A DNA stretch of 64,000 nt from positions 21,128,795 through 21,192,794 of the forward strand of contig NC_092670.1 in the NCBI RefSeq assembly GCF_964355755.1. The letters run 5' to 3'. Made by a program: the position numbers and the translations under genes. The stretch comes from Antedon mediterranea. Lineage: Eukaryota > Animalia > Echinodermata. The notes under the pieces are model-generated. The model was given only the letters and a program-made list of their open reading frames with translations. It did no database searches and was not told the DNA's origin. Position 1 is the first letter of the stretch; each line of letters starts with the position of its first letter. This document shows, in pieces, positions 12,301 to 24,805 of this stretch.

Positions 12301-15300
12301 TGATTATGTTAACTGCATGTGCTTTATTAACTGTATGTGATTATGTTAACTGCATGTGCTTTATTAACTGTATGTGATTATGTTAACTGCATGTACTTTC
12401 TTAACTGTATGTGATTATGTTAACTGCATGTGCTTTAACTACATGTGATTACATTAACTGCATGTACTTTCTTAACTGTATGTGATTATGTTAACTGCAT
12501 GTGCTTTATTAACTGTATGTGATTACATTAACTGCATGTGCTTTATTAACTGTATGTGATTATGTTAACTGCATGTGCTTTATTAACTGTATGTGATTAT
12601 GTTAACTGCATGTGCTTTATTAACTGTATGTGATTATGTTAACTGCATGTGCTTTAACTACATGTGATTACATTAACTGCATGTACTTTCTTAACTGTAT
12701 GTGATTATGTTAACTGCATGTGCTTTATTAACTGTATGTGATTACATTAACTGCATGTGCTTTATTAACTGTATGTGATTATGTTAACTGCATGTGCTTT
12801 ATTAACTGTATGTGATTATGTTAACTGCATGTGCTTTATTAACTGTATGTGATTATGTTAACTGCATGTGCTTTATTAACTGTATGTGACTATGTTAACT
12901 GCATGTGCTTTCTCTCTTTGGCTGGATTTTTAAGCAATGTTAAAAATAGTTTATTCCATTATTTAAATTTGTTTTATTGTAGTCCTCAAGCAAATGTAGA
13001 TGAACATACAGTTTGTTTACAGAATTTGTGAATATGTAGATGGAATCTTCAATTCTTTAAATAAACCATTTGTTTGGTTGATGGTGAGTGTTTTTGTGAA
13101 ACATGTCCAATCAACAGCTGCGTGTTGTTTTGTATCTCAGTACAGCAGCTGGAATAGCCACAACCTTACTCATCAATTTAAACAAGGTAGCTTAGGACCG
13201 AAACAACATTTATATTTCCAAGATGATTTTACAGTGCACTTCAGGGAATAATTTCGCCAGTGTAGCATAGCAAAAAGCTATACAAAACAACCTTTTTGCT
13301 ACAGATTTTTAAATTTGTGTAGCAAAAAATACAATTCAAAACTATGTTTCTTGACTTAAAAATCAGTTTGATTATCAATATTGCTAAACAAAATTTTAAA
13401 ATGAAATTTTCCCCATGCACTTTAAATATAGCAATACTGAATATACTGAAATGCTTTTGTTTGTTACCAAAAACAGAAACTCTTCTTAAAGATTGCCAAA
13501 AATTAAAACAATTACAAACATATTACTGTATATTGTTTATATAATACACACACATTATTGCATACTAATATATTGCATAATATTAGTTCTGTGAAATGCA
13601 GTTAAAAATAAACTGTGTATGTGGACTGAATTAGGTTCCTAAGATCTTTATAATCTACAAATTGTTAATACTACTGTACAGTATAATACCAGAAGATCCA
13701 CTGATGTATACTGTGCTATTATTACATTGTTTTAATCATTTTCATATCCACAATTAATAAATGAATCAAATGTCAGATTCTCCTCTGTCCATCCAAGGCT
13801 ATGGATGGATATTTTGAGACAGTTTCTTGTTCTTGAACAAATGAATAATGTGTTTGAAATGTTTTTTTTATTGATATTAATTACAAAACATACAAACAAT
13901 CATTAATTACCGTGGCAACAAAGTTACACCTGATACATGAAGGACAATAAGAACCAATTCAATATTTATGTTTTGTCAAAAACATACTTTTGGTTTGTTT
14001 AACAAAGCGATCATTCTAAATTTATCACATTATCTTGTTTTCGCGTGACAACATCAGCTTGCATCTGGAGTAAAAAAAAACCATGTCAACACACATTAGA
14101 CTCAATTAATGACTTTGTTACCGACTTATAATTAGTCATCAGAACACACAGACCTGCTGGTTGTTTGTTACTAATGACTTACCTGTTAATAATACATACA
14201 TAGAAACCCTTTTCATCAACACCTTCCTAGTCACAAATAAAACATGAAATACATGTATACTGTTTGGCACAAAGAAACATCTATTTTGTCCAGGCATTGA
14301 ACAGGGGGCTCGTACTAGACATTGCACAGGGGGCTAGTACTAGACATTGCACAGGGGGATAGTACTAGACAATGCACATGGGGCTAGCACTAGACATTGT
14401 ACAGGGGGCTAGCACTAGACATTGCACAGGGGGCTAGTACTAGACATTGCACAGAGGGCTAGTACTAGACATTGCACAGTGGGTTAGTACTAGACATTGC
14501 ACAGGGGGATAGTACTAGACAATGCACATGGGGCTAGTACTATACATTGCACAGAGGGTTAGTACTAGACATTGCACAGGGGGATAGTACTAGACATTGC
14601 ACAGGGGGCTAGCACTAGACATTGTACAGGGGGCTAGCACTAGACATTGCACAGGGGGCTAGCACTAGACATTGCACAGGGGGCTAGTACTAGACATTGC
14701 ACAGTGGGTTAGTACTAGGACATTGCACAGGGGGCTAGTACTAAACATTGCACAGGGGGCTAGTACTAAACATTGCACAGGAGGCTAGTACTAAACATTG
14801 TACAGTGGGCTAGTACTAAATATTGTACAGTGGGCTAGTACTAGACATTGCACAGAGGGTTAGTACTAGACATTGCACAGAGGGTTAGTGCTAGACATTG
14901 CACAGGGGGCTAGTACTAAACATTGTACAGTGGGCTAGTACTATACATTGCACAGAGGGCTAGCACTAGACATTGCACAGGGGGCTAGCACTAGACATTG
15001 CACAGGGGGCTAGTACTAGACATTGCACAGTGGGTTAGTACTAGGACATTGCACAGGGGGCTAGTACTAAACATTGCACAGGGGGCTAGTACTAAACATT
15101 GCACAGGAGGCTAGTACTAAACATTGTACAGTGGGCTAGACTAGACATTGTTCAGTGGGCTAGTACTAGACATTGCACAGGGGGCTAGTACTAGACATTG
15201 CACAGGGGGCTAGTACTAGACATTGCACAGAGGGTTAGTACTAGACATTGCACAGGGGGCTAGTACTAAACATTGTACAGTGGGCTAGTACTATACATTG

Positions 15301-18300
15301 CACAGGGGGCTAGTACTAGACATTATACAGGGGGCTAGACTAGACATTGTTCAGTGGGCTAGTACTAAAAATTGTAAAGTGGGCTAGTACTAGACATTGT
15401 ACAGTGGGCTAGTTCTAGGCATTGTTCAGCACTTGGGCTAGTACTAAACATTATAGTGAGCTTTTGCTAGACATTGCAATGGGCTAGTACTAGACATTGT
15501 ACTACAGGCTAGTACTAGACATTGTACAGCAGGCTAGTCTAGACATTGTAATTTGTAATATGGGCTAGTACTTGACATTGTACAGAACATCACCGGGCTA
15601 GTACTACAATACTCTCTGCTGCCAGGCTAGACGAAATCAATCCCTGGAGATCTGAATTGTTTACTGAAAAATGAATTAGATTGCTGTCAACAAGATTTGG
15701 TTCAATTGTTATTTATTACTTGTTTGCGGTCTACATATTTCGTTGCCAGCAAAATATTAATTACCTGCAATACGAATACTGATTAGACGACTCGGCATAA
15801 CAATAACAAAAGCATTAGGCAGTGTAGATATCTAATTTTACGATTAATCATAAAACTACTGATAATAACAAACTATCAAATTTAATTTGGTTTTGAATAA
15901 CAAATTAATTCAGCTATTTAGCCTTTTGCAGTTAATCAATAAAGTCAAAAACATCTTCAGATAAAATAATAATGCAATTGAAGGAGGGTTGGGAAGCGGA
16001 CCAGGGAGTAGGAGGGGTTTGAGAGCAGGGTCGGGAAGAAAGAGGGGTCGGGAAGAAAGAGGGGTGGGGGAGTGGCGTCGGAAAGAAAGAGAGCAGGTCA
16101 GGGAGCGGGGTCAGGGAGCGGGAGGGGGGTGGGTGTCAGGCAGTGGGAGAGAGTTGCTTTCTAAACATGGTAGTTCAATATTTTTTAGTTTTACTTAATA
16201 ATACTAGGAAACAAAACATTTTGGAGTTGTCATGATAAATAGATTGTTGCGATTGCGTTGAGTATGCTTTTTTTTATTGGCATTAACATTTTTTTTATTC
16301 TTAAATCTTATCTTAGTGAGTACTCAAACCAGGCCTACAATAGACCACCACTGGACGAACAGCTGTATTTAGTGGAAATTGTATGCATGAGTAATTTTTC
16401 TATAGCACCCTCAATTTTTGTTTAGTACTTGCCGAGTGTAGTACATTTTTTGGTAAGACTAGAGTCCATAGTAATAACACAAAATCATGGAAAAATATAT
16501 TTGATGATGTGCTTGGGCAACAGTTTTTTTTTTTAGACTTAATATCCAGAGCTTCACAGATTCAACAAAATGAAAATGTACTTTTACAGTTCTGTCTACA
16601 CTATCAAACTAGTTTGACAAAAAAAGTGTGGTGTGCCCAAATATGGTAGTGATATGCTTAAATATGGTAGTGATGATCTTCATTTCAATCACATTGTTTT
16701 GTTGCATAAAGTTTGATTGATTTCAAACTAAATGTAATTAAACACTCCTTGATTTTAAACATTAATTAACCATGATGATGAAAAGGTCTTGTGCTGCATG
16801 TTTTACTGTTATCGTCATTCAGTGAATACACCAAAACAAAAATATGTTATTAAATTTAATAATACAATTTCTGAACCAATTTTTAAGTAAACGCTGTTGT
16901 ATGTAAATATACTATGATACTGTACTAGATACTAAATTTAAGCCAAAGTTGTATATTTTTGAACTGCTAGTAGTATGCCATATGCCATTCATTCATTTTT
17001 TATTTTAATAAATCACCTACAGTACAGTATTGTGTTTTTTATAGCCAGATCAATGCAATTTGGTGAATTATGAGAAAATCAATTTTAGACTTAAACTTCT
17101 GTATTTTGCTTGTTGTCCAGAGGGCACATTTAAGTCAGATTTAACATGGAACAGTAACTAGTTAGTTTAAATGAATATTTACCTTCAAAGTAGTAGTACG
17201 GTAGAACAGCGCAAGTTTGTATAACATTGATATACTAATATTTCTTCATTTGAAAATTGTTATTTCATTTTTATTCCAGTACAGAGTACAGTACATTATA
17301 TAAATTTGCTTCATGCTGACAATATTTATATATAATTAATGTATAAATAAAGGTATCAGAATTCAAAACTTAATATCCCAGCAGGTACTATAGTTGTTAT
17401 TAGTGCATACTTAAAATACCTGTAAAACCTTGTGTTGTTTTGTCAGATTTGTGGAGATGGTTGCAACAATGATAAATAAATAGATTTGTTGCTATGGCAA
17501 AAAACTAAATGACAAGGAGCAGCTGGTGTTTTTGTAAATCTTTTTACATTTAATAAACAAGTCGGAGTATTTTCTATCCAGCTGAGTTTATTTCAGTGTA
17601 TGATGGTCGTGGGCCCTTAGGGCATATGATAAAATTCTGTAGACTGGGGTAGCTCAGCAAGGTCAAAAGGTGGAAAGCATAAGAAACTGGGTGGGAGGAA
17701 GAAATTAGAATCAAAGTTAAGGTATGTTCAGACTCACAGCGTTACGGTGGAGTTATGTAAGCGGCGTACATATTTTTGTGTCTGAACCAAGCCGCGGATT
17801 AACGTTAGGGAGCTATAGTGTTGCGTCCCGCCAGTGGCGTTAATAACCCTAACAGGAGAGGGTAGATTTAATAACGCTAATCCAGTGACGCATCAGTGAT
17901 TTAAACCTTAACTAATGAAAAGACACGACCACGATTAGCAGACAGCAACTACATACTTGTACCCTAGTTTATGACAGTGAAATCACCAGCTATGTCAAAT
18001 GTATTTTCAGGTTTTCAATTTTAAAGAACAGTAAAGTTGCCGTTAGTGATATGATATTTTCATAAATTAAATCAATTAATCAGATAATTTTCCGTGTAAT
18101 AATTACATTTTAAATTATTTTGAATTAAAATGCAATTCTACAAGTAGTAAGAAACAAATCAGTATATTTAAATAAAGGTATATAAATAAAAATTACAAAA
18201 AACTATTTTACGATGTAAACTTTCATGCATTGTCATGAATGTATACATATACTCTGTTACTAGTCCTATCTGTTTTGACCTGATCAGAGTGTTTTAAACG

Positions 18301-21300
18301 CAAGGCATCGGAATGTTGATAGTTGTGTCTGAACACCTTGGCCTTTAACGCTACGGATTACCGTACGCCTTGCGTAGGTAGCGCTACCTTAACGCCGTGA
18401 GTCTAAACATACCCTTAGGCTACAGTGCACACCTTGGACCAATAGAACAAAATCTAGGTCTACAGTAAGCTTACTAGAGTGTATGCTTATAATCACTCCT
18501 TAAAAGCCAGATCACCAAATTTTTATAATAAATTTCAATTTAAACTTGACCTGTATATTCTCAAAATAATCAATACACACTTTCCCCATGTCTGGAAATT
18601 AGTCAATTATTATTTAATTAATTAGTTAATTATTAATTAACATTACAATTTATCAAACTTAATGAGGAACTCGCTGGCAACAGTAACAAAACAAATTCAA
18701 ACATTTATTAGTCGACTAATTAATTAGACAGGAGTAATAATGGGTTGAGTAATTAATCTATAATAATTAGCAATATTATATAATTATTATATATTAATAA
18801 TATTAATAGAAATTGTTATGAAACACATAAAATTCCACTGATTAAACTCTAGAGGGCGCCAGAGAGAAAAACAATGTTGGCAGCAGAATAATTAGGAACT
18901 TTGAAAACCATCATTCAAAGGTTGAAAATAAAAAAAAAATATTTTTTATATAAAATTGGTTTTCTTTCTAGGAATTTAGATTAAAGATATATTGTCCTCC
19001 TGAAAAATAATAAATATATATATTTTGCTAATATGCCATTTTAATGTCACATACTGTATTTGTAATTCACTTTGACCAAATATTTGATCAAAAAAAAAAT
19101 GTTTAAATTACCTAATGTACAAATTCCTAACAAACATCAAACACAATATCGGAAAAGTAGTTTCAGTAAATAGTGGAAAGAATTTTAGGAATGAGAATGC
19201 AATCCAAAATGACTTTCACTTTTTTTACTGACCTCAGAAAGGGTTGTGACCTTTTAAAAACATGACCTCTTTTAGAAATAGAAGTGACCTGTTCATGACC
19301 TCTGTTGATCATGAATGGTGCATTAAACTTTGTTCAGGAAATCCTACTTCTTCAAAATATATTTTTGTTGTAAATAATTAAAATTTAATAAACACTTTGT
19401 GTAATGAATAACAAGGAGTAGTCCGAGTAAACAGATTAATTTAAAAAAATTGAACTATTATCAATATTTTGGTCATATTTTCGGAGGAAAAATTCATATC
19501 TTCTTACCGGACAGTCGTATGGGCAACATTTGACTGTAAAATGTTCTTGATTAAAAGATTAACCTACATAACTGTGTAATTGAAAAAATGTGCTAATTTT
19601 TTTCACCTCCACTGAAAAAAACAACACAGTGTATAAATGTGTTTACACTGTGGTATTTTTTCGATGGATTTTAAGTGGAGAACAAAATGTTTCTAACTTT
19701 TTTCAATCATACAGTGAGGTTTAGGCCATTCTTTTAAGAACGTTTTACAGTAATTTTTTTTTCTCATACGATTAAGAAGTTATGATTTTTTGGTGTCCTG
19801 AAATCCCCTGAAATCTCTGTTATTTCTGTTGGTTATCTTCCCTCTGCACAGCATTGTTTTTCATCGATCAAAGATGACTTCTGTTTCGTCAAAAGGCTTA
19901 TAGTCAAATACTAATAATAGTGTTATCATCCATTTTAAGGTCAAATTAAGAACCATTGTCTACAGTAGGATTTTAACCTTTTTTTTATGAAGAGCTTCAC
20001 TAATTAGTTAATAATCAGTATAATAATTAGCTATTGTGATGTACCAACATAAGTGAACAATATTACATGATGATGAGCCCGGTCGCTGTGTACGCACATC
20101 AGTCAGAATTATCGACTAACAAGATCATGCAATTTTTGTTTGGAAAATTGAGTTATTCTTCAAAACAGTACTGTAGTAAAACTGGAAAATAATCGAAGAT
20201 ATAAAAAATAGAATGTTTTGATAAGATATATGTTTTGATATTTTGTAGGAAATGCATATCCACTATAAGTGGATGAAATGTCAAAAGCCTGCTCCTTATT
20301 AAATAAAGTAGGGCAGGCAATCCAACAGGAAAGTGCAACAAAAATGTTATTATACACATATTATATCATTGTTGGAAATCTAAAACTTAAAACGAAAGTA
20401 TTCTATTTTTGTACCTTTTTTGGTAATAATTAACAAATGCTTCTATGGGACTCCTCTACTGTACAAGCACATATCTTTATCAGGTCATATTGCTTTGGAA
20501 GATCTATCTAATATTTAGTGCATTTTTTGCCCATCAGAAAATAACTGTAACTTATTGGGGTCAAGGGGTGAAAAAGATAGAAGGAAGGGGATGGTTAATT
20601 CACATTTTTTCTCTTATATTTAAAAATGAGAAAGAACATGACAAATTAAAATTTAAGTTACCGTAACTGTATTTTTTCACAGAAACTGGTTGGGATTTTT
20701 TAATAGTTCATTTGTATAGCCTGTTGTATTATTATGTAAAATCTAAATAACAAAGTGCATGAGGCACATGCTAACAAACCAATTTAAATTACCATTTGTG
20801 CTTGCTTCCGAAAATAACTTTCTGAATCTTGGTAAATTGTTTATGATAAAGAGTTATAATTATATGTAAAAACATGTTTTTTATAGCTTTCATATTCGGC
20901 AGGACTTTGTGTTACCGAATTAGCAAACCATAGATTTTACTAACTGCAAAACTAATTAATTTTGATTGATATAATTTCCTGTTTTTGTTCTATTTATTGT
21001 AAAGATCATTTTTTGTATACAATTTACTAATGTGGGGAAAACAATGTTTTGTTTCTATGAACCTATGCAATATAAAGCTATGTTTACACTTATCAAACTA
21101 CTGTAGTATGACAAAAAAAGTGTGATGAGCCCCAATATGATAGTGATATTCCCAAACATGGTAGTGATATGACATCGTCATGTCATCATTTGCGATGGGG
21201 CGACTTTTATTTTTGTTTTATTTTATTTTATTCAATTGAAACCAACAGTGATAATTACCGCCACTAACAGGTTTGATACAAACAAAGTCAGGACTGTTTA

Positions 21301-22823
21301 AAGCACCTTGATTGGTCCTAACATTGATCAAGGGCTTCTCTCGTCCAGTGCCCACCTTGACCAGAGGTCTGAGGCAGATACTAGATGTAGGGGCTGCCAT
21401 AAGAGTCAGCAGTGCTGATTTCAAATGCCTAACGGGACCCCAGCTCCATATACAGCACCCACTATTCCCAGATGGTCTCCCATCCAAGCTCTAACCAGGC
21501 CCAACGTTGCTTAACTTTGGTGATCTGACGAGAACCGGTGTTTCAACATGGTAAAGCCGTATTTTATTTGACTGGATCCCCTGCATCATGCTCATATTAT
21601 TATTGTCAATAAAAGTAAAATGATCAATATTTACTTCAATTCAAAGTATGTCTATTGTTATGTATTATTATTATGGTTATGACGCTTTCAAAATGAAAAA
21701 AAAATAACAATAAAAGCAAATGATCAATGTTGAATTCTCTGAATATTATTGATCATTTTTTTTAGTTTTATTGACAAGTAAAAAAAACAAATTAAAAATG
21801 AAAACACAAAATTATAATAGGAGATAAATATAAATGTAAAAATATATATAATATTTAGTGCGACCAAAATAAACATGTATGAAACAGCGTATAGTATATA
21901 GCGGCGCTCCATAAAAAAAGACCGAGAATATTATTACTACTTCTTTGTCTGGTAAGATATTTTCCATACTTAGCCACAAAATATTAATACAAAATCATAT
22001 TTGAATTTAAAAGTAAACTATTTTAACGTAAAAGGGCGACATTGCGAGGGGGCAACTTGGAGCAATTTTGAGATAGGGCGATTTTGCAATAGGCAACACT
22101 GTCGGGGCAACTTTGTTTTAGGGCGACTTTGTTTTAGGGCGACTTTGTTTTAGAGCGACTTTGCGATGGGGCGACTTTGTAAGGGGCGACCGTGTATGGT
22201 ATGGGGGTGACTTTGCAATGGGGCAACTTGACTGGATCCCCTGGTGTTATGCTGCATGCATCATGAATTCTGAAAAGGTTTTTGCTGGTGTCTGTGCATA
22301 TGGTTGCAGAATATCTTTTAGTCACCAATCTCTCATGTGCTCATATTCTCCTACAGTACTGTATATGAAACCCACAAATACGTCACATTAATATGTCTAG
22401 GCCTAAAATTCCAAAATTAGAACAAGATTGCAACATGTCTTGTCAATGAAAGTTATAAAAAAAATGATATCTGCAAAACACAAATAAAAACTAAAAAATA
22501 TCAGTTAAATTAATTATAAAACCTATATAATACTTATGGATGATTAAACCTAGTTCGAAATTCGAATAAACAGTTAAGAAAAGAAACCGGCACAGCCACA
22601 TTTTGAACAAAATGCTAGCCAGACGACCAAGCCAATTGACCAGTTTCATCCCCACACGACAGCCTAGAAATTCCCAATCCCCGGCCTCTACGAGATGGCT
22701 GTCAAAACAAGACAATTTCCTGGTTCACTGTGTAAAAATACAAGTACATATTTTAACCATTTTGAAATAAAAACAAGAAGAAATAATGTGTGAACTTACA
22801 GTCTCCGGCTTAACGCTAGCCAT
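307..22823 (-). CDS. PDPK1: 3-phosphoinositide-dependent protein kinase 1 (spliced, 3'-partial; continues off the left edge)
   Basis: Exons (minus): 22823-22800 (MASVKPET), 9433-9281 (..[15 protein letters not shown]), 7470-7428 ([14 protein letters not shown]), 1997-1860 ([41 protein letters not shown]), 1664-1520 ([32 protein letters not shown]), 1363-1266 ([19 protein letters not shown]), 943-841 ([17 protein letters not shown]), 375-307 ([23 protein letters not shown]). All GT-AG and phase-compatible; motifs match PDK1. Confidence 0.95.
457..823 (-). mobile_element. 5S rRNA-derived SINE (SINE3-type), copy 1
   Basis: Minus strand starts with 5S-like GTTGAAACACGGTTCTCGTCAGATCACCAAAGTTAAGCAACG..., then a ~230-bp body shared with 21206-21562 and an A-rich tail. 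Confidence 0.85.
1049..1191. mobile_element. hAT-like MITE
   Basis: Termini CAGTGGCGTAGC / GTTACGCCACTC; 8-bp flanks tcagtagc / tctgtagc (1 mismatch). Confidence 0.7.
1665..1859 (-). other. U12-type (minor spliceosome) GT-AG intron in PDPK1
   Basis: 5' end GTATCCTTAA; branch-like TTTCTTAAC about 13 nt upstream of the AG; no polypyrimidine tract. Confidence 0.85.
3021..3182. mobile_element. PIF/Harbinger-like MITE family A
   Basis: TIR (AGC)TCTGTCTACACTATC...GTGTAGACA; core cccaaatatggtagtgatatgacatc. Confidence 0.8.
3908..4066. mobile_element. PIF/Harbinger-like MITE family A (right end lost; CAGTA insertion in left TIR)
   Basis: agctctgtcta[cagta]cactatcaaactagtttgac plus family core. Confidence 0.8.
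4950..5375 (+). mobile_element. 3' end of a Rex1/Babar-like (L2/CR1 group) LINE
   Basis: ORF 5021-5227 [28 protein letters not shown] matches the C-terminus of this group; tail GGATCAATAAAAGT(TATCT)n. 5' boundary approximate. Confidence 0.75.
6388..7239. mobile_element. Tc1/pogo-like non-autonomous DNA transposon
   Basis: Perfect ~26-bp TIR CCGTATATTTCGGTGTATAAGTCGCAC, TA on both sides, subterminal GGTGCGTCTTATACAC repeats. Confidence 0.9.
7791..8487. mobile_element. Tc1/Tigger-like MITE containing an expanded 17-bp array
   Basis: Starts tacagta..cctcctttgaaacac, ends tgttcccttgaataggggtt; same ends seen in the short copy at ~35487-35630. Confidence 0.6.
7840..8340. repeat. 17-bp minisatellite (CACCTCTATTAAGGGGA)n
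   Basis: Direct tandem copies, 16-17 bp period. Confidence 0.95.
10630..10668 (-). CDS. PDPK1: Candidate alternative first coding exon of PDPK1 ([13 protein letters not shown])
   Basis: aaaATG in good context, 13 codons, then AAG|gtaata donor in phase 0, compatible with the 9433 exon. No transcript evidence. Confidence 0.5.
11945..12912. repeat. 37-bp minisatellite made of two related 18/19-bp subunits
   Basis: TATGTTAACTGCATGTGCTTTATTAACTGTATGTGAT repeated; more degenerate at the left end. Confidence 0.95.
14300..15605. repeat. 25-bp minisatellite (CTAGTACTAGACATTGCACAGGGGG)n
   Basis: About 50 tandem units with palindromic CTAGTACTAG core; decays rightwards. Confidence 0.95.
16589..16717. 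mobile_element. PIF/Harbinger-like MITE family A (partial)
   Basis: Left TIR tctgtctacactatcaaactagtttgac plus core. Confidence 0.75.
17720..18414. mobile_element. PIF/Harbinger-like MITE family B
   Basis: TIR (A/G)GGTATGTT(C/T)AGACTCAC(A/G)GCGTTA at both ends; TTA target duplication. Confidence 0.8.
19489..19791. mobile_element. Degenerate palindromic (foldback) MITE
   Basis: Nested inverted matches: actgtaaaatgttctt / aagaacgttttacagt, ctccact / agtggag, cacagtgta / tacactgtg; centre about 19635. Confidence 0.6.
21077..21185. mobile_element. PIF/Harbinger-like MITE family A (partial; CTGTA insertion)
   Basis: agctatgtttacacttatcaaacta[ctgta]gtatgacaaaa plus core. Confidence 0.7.
21206..21562 (-). 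mobile_element. 5S rRNA-derived SINE (SINE3-type), copy 2, full length
   Basis: 5S head TACGGCTTTACCATGTTGAAACACCGGTTCTCGTCAGATCACCAAAGTTAAGCAACG..TGGATGGGAGACC..GGGTGCTGTA with box A/C-like motifs, shared body, (TAAAA)n tail. Confidence 0.9.
22030..22241. repeat. Degenerate 16-17-bp GGGCGACTTTG repeats (likely MITE subterminal repeats)
   Basis: About 10 copies ending in gactggatcccc; the same end occurs at 21570, split from ttgcgatggggcgacttt (21190) by the 5S-SINE. Confidence 0.7.
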
Positions 22824-22859
22824 GGTTAAATTTTCTTAACAAATTGGTTTTTCGTGACT

Positions 22860-22950
22860 GCTTTCTCAACATGTAGCCATTTTCACCGAGAGAACCTTTA
22901 GAGTGCGCGAGTGCGCATGTGCACACGACCTTGAGTCGATCGCGAGAGTT
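22860..22950 (-). promoter_or_regulatory. Probable PDPK1 distal promoter (CpG-enriched, NRF1-like TGCGCATGTGCA)
   Basis: Local CpG cluster just upstream of the MASVKPET exon; motif at about 22912-22923. Confidence 0.5.
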
Positions 22951-23599
22951 TGTGTGTGGTGGTGGTGGTGGTACAGTAGTACATGGTATATTGGTGTCGA
23001 AGGTGAAAACCAAACCTCTATATTGAAAAAAAAATTAATATAATAATATATTAATTATTAATATACTATATATTAATCACTCTATTTTATCTAACACTAT
23101 TTTATAGAAATACAATAGTATACTACATTTATGATTCGTTAAATGCTGGTAAAAACAATCAAAACAATTCCTACCGACCATGGAGTATTTTTGACGGAAA
23201 ACCCCAGAATGTGTTGGTTATATGTATTTAGGCCTATTAGCGATTATGAGCACAAGGTTGCGCACGATTATGCGTAATAAGGAATTGGAAAAAAAAGCTT
23301 CTTTTCATTCTCTGAAAAACATTATTACCAGTGATTCAATTTAAATGTGTTTTTGATGAAAGTGATGTGACAGATTTGGATACCAGGCAAGACCTCAGAC
23401 CCACTGATGGTTGTGTTTTGGGAAAATAGACCATATATTTACCAAGTATTGGTGTATGTTGGGGAGAAAAATGTATTCTTCCCAACATACACTAATAAAG
23501 ACCAATTAGTTACCGCATAAGCGACACAAGGCTTCTAATTATACTGTCGAAACTGCTGCTGACATCATGGATTAAAAATCCATGCTGACATCGAATGTT

Positions 23600-23895
23600 T
23601 TTTTTTTATTTTATGTCTTTAGGCAATGTGGCCAAGGATTACCAATAGTGAATTAATCACTGTCCTATCAGATAGGTGGTAATCCCCCTGATACAGGGGC
23701 TATTGTGTGAACCAGTTCACCGGGGTAACCCCCTACTCTTTTTCGAATAATGAACTGGGTTTCTTTAAAGTACACACAGGTTATAACTGTGTACACTGGA
23801 CCTACGGTTTATAGTCCTTATCCGAGAAGACTTGTTCTACCACCAGAACTAGGAGCGAGTCGGCCTCGAACCCATGCCGATGTTGCTGTTGGCTC
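23600..23895 (-). mobile_element. tRNA-derived SINE with Deu/Nin-like central domain
   Basis: B-box GGTTCGAG, GATAAGGACTATAAACCGTAGGTCC, CTTTAAAGAAACC..AAGAGTAGGGGGTTACCCCGGTG; tail ends ccttggccacattgcctaaa. Confidence 0.75.
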
Positions 23896-24694
23896 TTTAG
23901 GTACGTGTTTTCGCTGGCCTGTGACCGGGAATTTCCATTTATACACGCATCTTACAAACACGTAAAGTCGTGACATGCAAACGGTGAGATAGTAGAACAG
24001 TGGTGATGCCGTAAGCTTTAGAGTTTGCAGTGACTTTTTTTTTTAAAAAAACAATGAAACGCGCGAAATCGGAATACTTGAAATAAAATGTGCTCGTAAT
24101 CAAATGAAAAGACCTAATTGTACTGACTGTTAACATTTTTTTTAATTACGCGTTTCACGTTGGTATTAATACATTATGGAATAGTTTGTTAAATAATATA
24201 ATCATTCAAATCGCGATTAACTGTAACAATTATTACTCCATGCTTTGCCTTTAGTACACACAATAAATACTGACAGTATTAAGGCCACTTAATAGGCCTA
24301 CCTGGGTCTCGTATATCCGTCGTTTAATTAAATCAAACTATTATTTTGAAAGTATATTATTATTATGCGTTACTGATACCATTGATAATATTTCAACAAC
24401 GATCAATCTGATTATTGATTGAAAATTTTGAAGTACTAAACTAATTAATTGAAGCTATTGCATAAAACAGGCCTGGATAATGAGGATAAGGTTTATAATA
24501 GATGAGGTTCATAAATAATATCATGGTATAAATACTCTAAAGCCTCCTTATATCACTAAAGTAAGATATTATGTTGAATTGAATATTTCTAAAATAAAAT
24601 AAATTTATTATGCGATTGGTAATAAAAGTATTAAAAACTCATTTAATTTTTGTATTTTTTGTGACTTTGTACAGTATGTATTTTCATTAAAAAA

Positions 24695-24745
24695 GTGAGC
24701 CCCCTGGATGGTATTTTTCTACGAACAGCCGCCATCTTGAATTTC
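24695..24745 (+). promoter_or_regulatory. ATP5PD proximal promoter with YY1-like and CTCF-like motifs
   Basis: GCCGCCATCTTG at about 24728 (YY1 consensus); GAGCCCCCTGGATGG at about 24697 (CTCF-like on minus strand). Confidence 0.5.
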
Positions 24746-24805
24746 GCCCGGTGTGTAAGAATAGTTCTATTTATCCAGGACTAATTAATTAAGATAAACG
24801 TAGTT

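Noticed and set aside
7840-15605. CRISPR-like appearance of the short-period arrays
   Set aside because: Units are contiguous with no unique spacers, there are no cas genes, and the context is eukaryotic introns.
19507-19529. Third PDPK1 first exon (ATGTTGCCC..CCG|gtaaga)
   Set aside because: Phase 1, incompatible with the phase-0 downstream exon, and lies in a palindromic MITE.
21450-21562. Functional 5S rRNA gene (also 710-823)
   Set aside because: Diverged ends, no T-run terminator after the 5S part, and fusion to a shared body and tail; it is a SINE head.
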